64,000 nt of DNA from positions 5,084,001-5,148,000 of the forward strand of contig CM052850.1 of the NCBI GenBank assembly GCA_028534125.1, given 5' to 3'. The notes beneath the pieces were generated by a model. That model saw only the letters and a program-made list of their open reading frames with translations, searched no databases and was not told the origin of the DNA. This DNA is from Lama glama. Lineage: Eukaryota. Shown piece after piece: positions 40,301-52,300 of this stretch; the first letter of the stretch is position 1; each line of letters starts with the position of its first letter. The position numbers and the translations under genes are program-made.

Positions 40301-43300
40301 TGTTGAGTGTTTGAAGCTTTTCTGGAGACTTGCAGCCCCCAGGCCACTTCACAGTGTGGCCCACAGCCGTCTCTGCCATCTTTGGCAGGCCTCAGACATG
40401 GCTCTGTCCCAGGGTGATGGAGTGGAAAAACATGGGCTTTGGAATCAGGCAGCACTGGATTTGAAACTTTTCTTCCACCTCCTACCTGTATGCTCCTGGG
40501 TTAAGTACTTAACCTCTCTGGATCTGTATCCCTCTACAGGAGGCGAGTAAGTATACCATCCCATGATGTGCTGTGGTTTAAATAGAATAAAGGATTACAT
40601 ATGTGTAACAGTGTGTGTAACACTTTGTTTTCCTAGTGCTTTATATACAATATTCCATTTAATTTAAAAAATACATCTTCTTTTAAGGATGAGGTAACTG
40701 AATCTTAAGAGAAGTTGGCTGGAAGTATAGAGGTTCAAAGCAAGAATTCTAGAGACAGATTACCTGGGTTTGGATCCCAGTTATGCCTCCTATTAGCTGT
40801 GTGATCTTGGGCAAGATAATTTAATTTCTTTTGCCCCAGTTTCTTCATCTTGAAATTGGAGATAATAATAGTGCGTATATTATTGGGTTATTATGATTGA
40901 GTTATTACAACATAGGGAATACAGCTGATACTTTTTAATAACTACAAATGGAGTATAACCCTTAAAAGCCATGAACCACTATATTGTGCACCTGTAACTT
41001 ATATAATGTTGTACAGTAACTATACTTTGATTTAAAAAAAAAAAAAAGAACAAGAAGATATGGGTAAGGGAAAGGACAAATCCCTGGGTNNNNNNNNNNN
41101 NNNNNNNNNNNNNNNNNNNNNNNNNNNNNNNNNNNNNNNNNNNNNNNNNNNNNNNNNNNNNNNNNNNNNNNNNNNNNNNNNNNNNNNNNNNNNNNNNNNN
41201 NNNNNNNNNNNNNNNNNNNNNNNNNNNNNNNATTATTGCCCTTATAAAAGAGACCCCAGGGAACTTATTTGCACCTTCTGGCATGTGAGGGCTTAGCCTT
41301 CGAAGAAGCAGGACACCAAATCTGCCAGTGCCTTGATCTGGAACTTTCCAGAACTGTGAGAAATATATGTTTGATATTTATAAGCCAAAAAAAAAAGATT
41401 AAGTGAGTTATTAATGTATGTAAAGCATTTAGAATAGTGTCTGGCACATAATAAGTGCCAAGTGTTGGTTCTTACTGAGTAATTTGCCTTGGGTACCACA
41501 GCAGTTAGTAGCAGAGCCAGGATTTGAATTCAGGTCTGTCCGACTTCAAGGTCTTTCCATTGAGTCATGTTTTGCCCTCTGAGAAGCCTTTCCTGATCTA
41601 ATAGATCACAGGTGGATACCTCTCGTGCTCCTGGACCCCTCTGAGCTCCCCCTGCTATACCGCTGGGTCTTGCTTTCTTGACTCTAAGCTTGCTATTTAG
41701 CTTGTGTCCTTACCACTTGACTCATAGTATGTACTCAATAAATAGGGGTTTTAATTTGCATTTGGAGAGGACTTTGTGTCTCCTGAACCATCTCCTACGT
41801 AGACCCATTGGAGTTCCAGGATTCCTGGAGATGTCAGTCCCATTGCCAGTGGGGCATGGAGGGGCCAGTGTGATGGTGCTGTGTGACGGACCTGATGTGT
41901 TGGGTTGAGGCTGATACTGGGACGGGGAATTGGCTTCCTTGATTAGTGCCTTTTGATTGGAGGCTGGGTGGGTGGGGTGAGCCCCTCTTGGTACCTATTC
42001 TGGACCATCAGAAGCATTGTGTTCTTTGCGCAGGTAATAGCTGCTGCGGGCAGTGATGAGAAGTGCCAGCTGGCGATGCAGCGGGGTGCCCACTCCAGCG
42101 TGAACTACAGTCAGGGCAGCCTGAAGGAGGCAGTGAGGAAGCTGGTGGGCAATGGCGGGGTGAACGTGGTCATCGACACTGTGGGAGGAGATCTCTTCCT
42201 GGAAGCTCTCCGCAGGTACGCACAGGGGTCGTTCCCAGTGGGCTAGACCTGGGGCTCTGCTGAAACCTCTCCAGACCTCTGTCTTCCTTCTGGCCTCACT
42301 TCTCTTTCGTCTTTGCTGCTCACTTTTCCTGTAGGCACTGGCATCATCGAGAACAGCTGAGTGGGTGGGTGAAAAGGAATAGAAGCAGAGGGGAAATCAG
42401 GAAATGCTTAAATATAGCAAACACAAAATATCCAACTGGAAAATATCCAGAAAGTGACTGCAGACTCTCTAGTTGGCAATACCAAATGCTTTAGAAATTA
42501 TACATGCGTTAAATTCAGCCACGCCGGCACCCACTAACTACTTAATATATAGGATGTGGGTAATTCTAGAGATCATTGTCCACATGTTACAATTACGGGC
42601 GTGGCAGTCCCCCTGTTCACTGTGCACCAAGGTACAGACTCTTCAGATCTTACTGGTTTCTGAAGTAGCCACCAGTGTAGGTGTCTCCTTGATTTGTTTA
42701 ATTAAAAAAGAAGTCACTTGAGACTTAACGCGACTGTTGTATCCACACCAATTCTCATTCTGTTTTCAAACAGGGACTCTGGAGTGCTCTGATAATATTA
42801 GCTTCATTTCTTGTGTCATCCTGGGAAGCCCAGTTTTGTGGTTTATCTCAGTTTAAATTAGGAGAAACAGAAGCAGAGAGAGCAGCTTGCCCACAGAAGG
42901 GATCCAGTTGGTTCTGTAGCCCCTGAGCATCACTGCACTGTGCCTGCCGCCGTGCTTAGAGAGGATGCAAAGGAAGGAGTGTGTTGCGTAAATGCAGAGC
43001 TGGGACAGAGAGCTGCGAGTGCACACCCTTCTCTTGCCTGGATGACAGTGTTTGGGCAGCAGCCTTTCATTTCCCCTCTGAAGAAGAAAAGGCAGAAGCA
43101 AACACAAAATAAACATACACGTATATAAAAGATGCTAACAAAATTTGCTTTTATAATTCATTGCTTCGCGTGTGCTGTATGGTACTTCTTGTAATGGGGC
43201 GCAGAATACTTGTGTGAATTTTTGTAGATCATTCAAAATTCTCTCGAAAAGTATGAGCCCTAAGGTAAGTCTTTATGCAAAGCAAATGATGCTTCATTAA

Positions 43301-46300
43301 AGCGTCTGACTAATTATTCCTGCTTCCTAAGTTCAAAACCTTCAAACTGAGTTGTCTTGAAGTTCAGCATATGGAATGACATCTGCTTATACCTGATTCC
43401 TTTTCGCAAAGTAGTTGAGTAGTTAAATAGAAAGCCTTAATTCTAAAATGGGTCCCCTTACAAAATGGTCTAGTTCTTCTGGCCCCTACTGTCTTCTTTA
43501 TAGCTTAGTTTTATTTTCCTATTGAGGAGTCTAAACTGGTGCAGAATGGTTCACCCCAGCCAGTTTGTACCATCAAGAGGAATTCACACCTAGAGGTTTA
43601 ATGCATGTTGCTTTTTTTGTTAAAAAATACGGTGAAATATATGTAACCTAATATTTAAAATTTTAACCATTTTTAAGTGTACAATTAAACATGCTCGCAA
43701 TGTTGTGTAACCATTCCCAACAAAAACTCTGTACTCATTAAACTGCCCCCCCCACCCTCTGGTAACCTCTGTTCTACCTTCTGTCTCTTTCTGTGTCTTT
43801 GAATTAATGTACATTGCTTTTTTTCCCCATTCTGCACTTTTTATTGTGGTAAAAATACATAACAAAAGATTTTCTATGTTGATCATTTTAGCTTGTACAG
43901 TTAGTAGTGTTAAATATATTTACATTGTTGTGAAACAGATCTCTATAACTTTTTCGTCTTGCAAATCTGAAATTCTGTACTCACTAAGCAGCAACATCTC
44001 TTTTCCCCCTTCTCCCTAGCCCTTGGTAACCACCATTCTACTTTTTAGATTTTATTTTTATTGATTTTTTTTTTGTTTTTGGGAAGAAGGTAATTAAATT
44101 TATTTATTTACTTATTTATTTTAACAGAGATACTGGGGATTGAACCCAGAAACTCATGCATGCTAAGCACACACTCTACCACTGAGCTATACACTCCCCT
44201 CCACCATTCTCTCTGTTTCTATGAATTTGACTACTTTAGATACCTCATGTAGGTAGAATAATATATTATCTGTCTTTTTGTAAGTGGCTTATTTCACTTA
44301 GCATAATGTTCTCAAGGTTCATCCATTTCTTCTTATGGGACAGGATTTCCTTTTTGTTTCTCCATCCATCAGTTGATGGACATTTAGATTGTTTCTTGAC
44401 TGTTGTAGATAGTGTTGTTGTAAACACGGGTGTGCAAATATCTCTTCAAGACCCTGCTATCAGTTCTTTTGGTTATAGACGCGACATTGCTGTATCATAT
44501 GGTAGTTCTATTTTTAAGTTTTTGAGGAACCTCCATACTGGTTTCTATAGCAGTTGCACCATTTTATAATCCAAGCAATAGTCCATAAGGGTTCCAATTT
44601 CTCTAAATCCTTGCCCACACTTATTTTCTGTTTTTTTTTCTTTTTAAAAATAGTATCCATCCTAATGGGTGTGAATGTTCATTACTTTTTATAATTGGTT
44701 TTCTTTCTCCTTTTTGTCCGCAGCCTGGCATGGGAAGGCAGGATTGTGGTGGTGGGTTTTGCCGGAGGAACCATTGCTTCTGTGCCAGCCAATCTTCTGC
44801 TTCTGAAGAATGTCTCTGCTATGGGGCTGTACTTGAGCCGATACTGGGACCAGAACTTTCCCTTGTTCTCCAGGGGCCTGTCCTCTGCAATTCAGTACTG
44901 CCAGCAAGGGCGCATCCAGCCACACATCGGAGCTGTTTTTAAGCTGGAGGAGGTGAGACGCTCTTAAGGGATATGATGTAGATAAAGCTAGGAAATAATC
45001 TGTGTCAAACTACTGGAGTGTTTCTCTCTAGATATCATAACTCTTCTGTTCATGGAGTTAAAGGGTAAAAATACAGTGCAAAATAATGGGGTCTCACAGG
45101 CTGCAGGGTCATGGGACTTCTCCCTGTCTTTTGGGTTGTATGGCTGTGGACTTAGGTGTTGCAAGCCAGTGAGAAACTGAGTCTGTGAAGGCCGTGAAGG
45201 AGCTGGGTTTTGAGGGGCTCTGTCTACGTCACTGGTGTTTTAAGCAGAGGGATGTGATAGTACTTTAGAAAATAATTTACCTATGTTGATATGAACTCTG
45301 AACTCCACAACGTACAAATCCAAAAAGGAAGCACTTAACTTGACCTTTGTAGAATGCAAACTCTTTAAAGTATAACCGGATGATCTAAGCTGGAGTTTTA
45401 TGAACAAAACACCAAATCATGCCCAGCATTGTATGACTGTAATTCATCCATTAGTCACTGTAGTTAATTTTGTTGGCTCTTCACTCCCTTTTTTCATTCC
45501 CTCACAGCCCCATTAATGTGGCTTAAACTTCCTCCAAAGTGTAATTGTGTGCATGCATATGCAACATAGTTGTAAATGTGAATCTGTTAGGCATTCACTG
45601 TGAAGGGTTTTTTTTTTTTTGGCTTAATTTCTTTTAATGTTCAAAAAACCATTTTGGTAACTCTAGTCAGCCACTGATGGAGGTGATGTTTTGTTCATAT
45701 GCAGATTAGTGGAGCCCAAGCTGTCACTGCCAGCCTGGTTGCTCTCCAGCCTTCTAGTTTTTAAAAAAATATTTTATTTTATTTTTTTTCAGGGGAGGAT
45801 AGGTAATTAGTTGACTTATTTATTTTTAGAGGGGGTACTGGGGATTGAACCCAGGACCTTGTGTATGCTAAGCATGTGCTCTGCCACTTGAGCCATACCT
45901 CCCTCCCTCAGCCTTCCAGTTTTATGTTTTTTTTTTAAACTTTTTTTTTATTGCGTTATAGTCATTTTACAATGTTGTGTCAAATTCCAGTGTAGAGCAC
46001 AATTTTTCAGTTACACATGAACGTACATACAGTTTTATGATGCACATTCTTCTCAAACACGGTTTGCTTTCTTCCTCATCTTTTTGGCATGTTGGTCATG
46101 AAGGTAATATTCAGTGGTAAAAAGAGAACCTGACTGACGATCAGAAAACTGGTTAGATTGTGTTTCTAACTTTTCCCCTGGCTTGTTGCGGCTTTGCCCC
46201 TCACCTTCCTGACCTTCAGTTTCCACATCTCTAAAATTGAAGGGTAGGACAGTATCAGAGGCTTTCAGATTGTGCTTCAGAGCCGCATGCAAGATGCAGG

Positions 46301-49300
46301 GTGGGCAGGTTGAGACTTGAGCTGCCCGGGCTCTGGGACGCCATCTCCGTTGGGGCCTGAGTAGCTGCATGTTTTTATCTTTTTGTTCACACTTCCCTTT
46401 TAAGAACGGTTTTGTGGCTTGCAATCTCGAAAGCCACCAGTTCAGAGAATTTCTGGGTCCCTTTCCAACTTGTGACTTTTATCATGTGACTCATAAGCTG
46501 ATGTTTGCTTTACCTGAGGCTCACATACACCTGTCGACAGACGATAAGGGCAGGTGGGCAGGACCAGAGTGGAAAGGCAGGCTAGTTGGAGCTGTTTCTT
46601 CTCCTCACTGAGGTGTTCTAGGTGCCGCTCAGGCAGGAAAGAAAACCCGAGGTGGATTGTTACAGTTACCCACATTGAAGTTCTCTCTCATCTTAAGCTC
46701 AAGTTAACTAACTGCTAACTTGCTGTCAGTTTCTGTTTGCCCTTCTCTTTTCCAGCGAGGGCTCTGCGTGTAGGATTTTCTAGCTCTGCCCACTCTGCTG
46801 ACCTTCCTGTTATCAACTGTTACCTGAGGCCAAGCTCCCTGACACATTTTAAGCATCTCATTCACACACCATCCATTCACTATTCCTTCCCTTCCTGCCT
46901 CTTTCACTATGCAAGCTATTTAGGATAATAGTGTTAATAGTGACGGCAGCTCACAGACACTAGGTGCTCACTTACAGTAGGTCAAGAACTGTGCTAGCAC
47001 TTTGCAGGCATTTTCTCACTTAATCATCACAGCAACTCTTTAAGGTATGAACCATTTTTATCGTAGGTTACAGATGAAATCAAGACCTATAAATGCTGAG
47101 AAATCTGCCCAATGTTATGTCGTAAGTGACAGACCTGGAATCCAGTCCGGGTTGGTCTCTGACCCTGGAATGGGGGCTCCTTAGGGCTACGTCATTCATA
47201 CTGTCTCCTCAAACAAGCCAGAAGCTGCTTTTTAGAAACCTTTTTCTAGAGCACAGAGTTTATCCATCTATCATGGAATTAGCTATGTGAACAAGCTGTC
47301 TTATTGTTAAAATGAACAGGAATCTTGGATTTTCCTAAGCAGTACCAGAATTTATATATTTTGTTCTTTTAAAATGAAGATGACTAAAGGAAATTATAAT
47401 TAATTTCACTGAACTTTAAAGCCTGAGTAATATTTTTTCACATAAATCAGTTAACTCATTGGAAAAAAAATGATCAGAATCTGTTTTGAAAATGACTGCA
47501 GTACTTAACATCTGCATAACACCAGAGATGCCAGTGCTTCCCAGCTTACATCTTCTCCTGAATATGTGGGCTTATAGATTTGATGTTGATAGTTGGTATT
47601 AACATGACCACGTATTTGTATTACAGACTTTTCAGTAGGCAACAGGTGTGAGCATCCGTAGCACTCTCTGCTTCTTCTTCATCCACTTGTAAGGACTTGT
47701 ATGATGCCCGTCATTCCCAGAGGCCCACGTGCTGCCTGTACCTCCAGATCCCCGCAGGTACTCACTCATCTCTTCAGTGGATGATCGTGGGTATGGGTGA
47801 GACCACTGGCGTTCAGAGCCTGGCGCTGCCACTTAACTGGCTATGCGCAAGTGACTCACATCTTTATGCCTTGGTTTCTTCACCTGTGATGAGAGCAGTA
47901 ACATGCCCTACCTCCTACGTGCTTATGAGGATTAAGTAAGGTAGTACATATAAAAGCACATGGTCAACCCTCAGTATATTGTTTAAAGCAAAATACATAG
48001 TCATTATAAAATACAGAGTTGAGCTTTCTCAGGTCCCTGAACTGTAACACTTTTACATTGACATTTTAGAGGCAGGATTAGAGACGCAGTCTTCAGGTTT
48101 TGAATTTTAACTAGCAGGTATCGTTTTCTGAAGGGTGGTATCTGTGCCACGACGACGGGTGGGTTGTGAATTAGCCCCGAGATCTGTTCAGAGGAAGACA
48201 TTATTTAGATGTGCCAGAGTCTGTTTTCTCTAGGGAGCTGCCCACACACATCCCAACCTGACACAGGACTTAAACCTCACGGATCTGAACGTGTTTATTA
48301 TGTGAAGGTGGGGTGAGATCACCACATGAACAAATTTAATGGATAGAAATTGTCTGTTTGAGGTTTCCTGAGTGTATCTGTGGAATATTCTTAAAAATTA
48401 AATTGCTCTTTAAAATTTTTTATTTTTATTTTTTTTGTTGAGGGAAGGTAATTAGGTTTATTTATTTAACGGCAGTACTGGGGATTGAACCCAGGACCTC
48501 ATGCACCTGGGGATTGAACCCAGGACCTCATGCATGCTAGGCACGTGCTCTACCACTAAGCTATGCTCTCCCCTACCCCTATTCCTTCAGTTTAGATGGA
48601 GTCTCAGTTTTAGTCCATTGCTGTAGACCCAGTGTAGGGGCCTCCCCACATCAGCCGGCCCCACCTGCCCCAGGCCTGGACCTCTTGTCACACTTCTCCA
48701 GTGATGGTTCCCACTGCCCACCCCTGCAGTCACACAGCCCCGGCCCGGCTCTCGGGCCCATCTCCTGACACTGTTGATAGGCTCATGCTTTCCCCCAGGA
48801 TAGGGCTGACGTGAGGCGAGGCCTCTGTTTTGCCCATTGGGGCGAGAGATGCCATAGCTCCGGTGCAGAGGTCTGACCCCAAGGGCCTGCTGAAGGTCTG
48901 GTGGCCCCAGAAACCGTATGTGGGGTCTGGGTAACCACCCAGAGGTGGGGAGGAGTCCTGCGTGGGCAAGCCTGGGCACATGGAGACAGGAGATAAATCA
49001 GTTGCCTTTCCTCTTCCCAATGGGCCATTTCAATGGGCTCCGGGTTCCACACGACCTCTCTGGAGCAGACCCGTGTGAACAACAACCAGCTGCCTGTCCC
49101 CCCGCAGCTCGGGCCAGTTCCGAACCAGTAACACATGCCTTGTGGTTCCTCTTCCTCCTTCCTTGATCACCCTACTCTCCCCTCACCCTCGCCTCCCTGG
49201 GATTGCCATGTAGCATTAGGGCATACATTTTGATCAGGCTGTATTTTCTAAGGAACCCAGGCTGACACTTAATTTTGAAAATTTATTTAATTTTGTGGTT

Positions 49301-52300
49301 AGTAATACATGGCTTGACTTTTTTTTTTTTTCCACAAGTCAGATTTATTTTTAAGGTTACTAGTAGGTAAAGGAGATGGGAAGGGATAGGTTGGAAATTC
49401 TAAAACTGTACCTCTTGGGGAGTGATGGAAATGTTAGCAATCTTGATTGGTAGTGGTTTCATTGGTATACACTTCTATCAAAATGCATTAAATTGTACAT
49501 TTGAAATATGTGTAGTTTATTATACAGGAACCATACCACAATAGAGGTGCTAAAAAATAAAAGATGGGTTTATTAAGGGATGATTTATATACAGTAAAAT
49601 TCCCTGCAAATTGTAAATTGACAAACATGTTTAGTCATCTAACCCCCCCTACAATCAAGATATAGAACATTTCCATCACTTCAAAACGTTCCTTTGTGTC
49701 CCTTGTCGTCAGTCCCCTTCTACCCCCACAGCCCCTGGCAGCCACGGATCTGTTCTCTGTTCCTATAGTTTTGTCTTTTGCAGAACGTCGTATTAATGGA
49801 ATCATACAGTATGTAGCCTTTTGAGTCAGCTTTGCATAATGCAACTTTGCAACATGCTTCACATGTTTTTGCATAAGTCAGTAGTTAGTTCTTTTTTATT
49901 GCTGAATAATATCATTGAATGGACATACCACAACTTGTTTTTTCCTTCACTAGTTAATAGATACTTGATTAAGTAGTCTTTTTGGTGATTATGAATAAAT
50001 CTTCCATAAACATTCATGTATAAGTTTGTATAGACTTATGTTTTTATTTACCTTCTGACTGGGATTTCTGCATCATTCACTAAGTATATGTTTAACCTTT
50101 CTGTTAAATTTATACAGATATTTAGTTGGCTTTATTTACCGAGCAGCTGGTTCTTCCCTAGCCCGTCACCCACACCCCAAGTCTCCAGTGGTGGCTAGAG
50201 AACGTCATTAGATAAGAACATCAGTTCAGAAGTAACAGATGTTGATGCCCCTCAAGAAGGGCAAGCTGGCCAAGCCAGCAGCTCACTCTCTGTGCTTCAG
50301 TCATGAGAAGCAGTCTCTACAGCCCATGATTTTGAAGATAGGGATACTGTTACCGCATTCCTAGCAAAGCCCACAGTACGTGGGTTTATAGGTTTTTCTT
50401 TTCCTTCCTTCCTTCCTTCCCCCTCCTTCTCCTTCTCCTTTTTTTTTGATGTATTTTGGATTAGAAGCTGGTGCTCCAACGTACAGTGTTTGAACATTTC
50501 AGGATTTTGTTTATACTGATTTGCTTCTACATGGTTACCTTTTAATAACTACCAAGTTGCTTATCAAAGTGGTGGTATTATTTTGCATTTCCACTGACAG
50601 TGTGTGAGCATTGTTGCTTTGCATCTGCCAGAGCTTAGTATTGTCAGTTGTTTTCCTTAAGTTTAACCAATAGGTGTGTAGTGGTAGCTGATGGTGGGTT
50701 TAATTTGCATTTCCCTAATGAAGAATGATCTTGAGTATCTTTTCATATGCTCGTTTGCCATCTGTATCTTTTCCGGTGAAATGCATTGACTGACTTTTAA
50801 AAGAGGATTCAGATTAACTTCTATCAGAGCAATGAGCTGATGCGTATAATTCAGCTGTGACAGTGTATCACTAACTAAACATGTCTACCTTTTAAAAACA
50901 GTCTCACTCAGCCCCTGATATATTCATTCATTCATGAGTTTATTTTATTTGTCAGACATTCACTAGGTACATTCTGTATGCCAGTCAATAAAAAGTAAGA
51001 CTTAAGGAATTTATTTTTTAGTTGGGATGGTCTTAGGACAGTGCTGTGAGAGGGGGAAAAGCTAGTTTCTAATGAGAAGGATGAATCAGCATAATATATT
51101 TAGGGAACAATAGTTAACTCTGATTATGCCGGTTTGATGAGCTAATTAAGAATTCCAACAACAGAACCTAAAACAAAAGCAAAATCCTCACCCGACCCCC
51201 GATTTCCAGGTTGCATATCTCTGGAGACAAATTTAATTCTGGCTTCACCCACTGCAGGGCAGAGAACCAAGATTCTGGGAACAGCCTGTGTATCTGTGTA
51301 GGCATTCGTGTGGAGCAGCCTCCCTCTGCGTGACACAGCCTGTAGAATACAGGAGGGGACAATGTCCCCAGGCATCTGAATTACCTATCAAAACCCTCTG
51401 GTCTAAAGCCTGGTACTTCACTTCTTAGTCTCTCACTCAGAGGGTCATCACTGGTATTAAACATCCAGCCCCTAACACTACTGGTTGTATGTTTTCCCTA
51501 CCCAGATAGAAACCACCAGGTAGGAAGGGATAGAGCTGGGTTATTTTTAGAAGCCGCTATCACAACAGAAGTGGCAGCTAGACACAGAATTAACAGAACA
51601 TCCGAAAAACAGAGGACGAAATAACGTATGCTCAAAATTCTGAGATTCCCAAATCATGGGACAAAAAGATTATGCTTCCCCTGTCCCTCATAGTATCTTT
51701 TAAAGAAGTCAGGTAAATATGTGCCACATTTTTATAAAGATCTATATGCAGAATGATTAAAAATAAGCTTTAGCATTGGCAGAGACAACTTTCTTTTTAT
51801 GTTAACATTTATTTGCAGGAGATTCCTCATTTCTCAAGGATGCCAGGTGGAAAGAAATATCACTCTCTCCAATTATGCTTGTTTTCCCAAGTATTTCTGT
51901 TGTGGGCTGTGACAGATCCCTGGGAACAAGAAGCTTCTAACTGACAGGGAGCGTGATGCAGCTGTGAGTCGCCTGGAGACGTACTTTGAGTGATGGACAG
52001 GGTGAAGACGAGTGTTTCAAACATTTGTCTTAGCCCTCTTCCGCCTCCTCCAAGAACGTCTAAATTTGCACAGACTGGAAAGGTCTCTGTAAGGCCCAAA
52101 GGCCTGAAAGACAGATGTTCTCGAAATCAGGAATTTCAGGCTGCAGAGAGATTGCCACGACTGATTGGTTTCTTGGCTTATTTTTATTTATTTATTTTTC
52201 TTATGCTTTTGGGGAAGGATTCCAAGTGGAAAGGGTTGGTTAATCGTAATCCTCGTTTCGAAGCACATCTTCCTGGCTGTTGGCACGAGGCCCGTCTCTG

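Noticed and set aside
51795-51945. Possible alternative terminal exon in intron 9 (tttatttgcag|GAGATT..., about 41 open codons)
   Set aside because: It would drop the conserved C-terminal GKVLL strand; no homology or poly(A) support; such pseudo-acceptors are common
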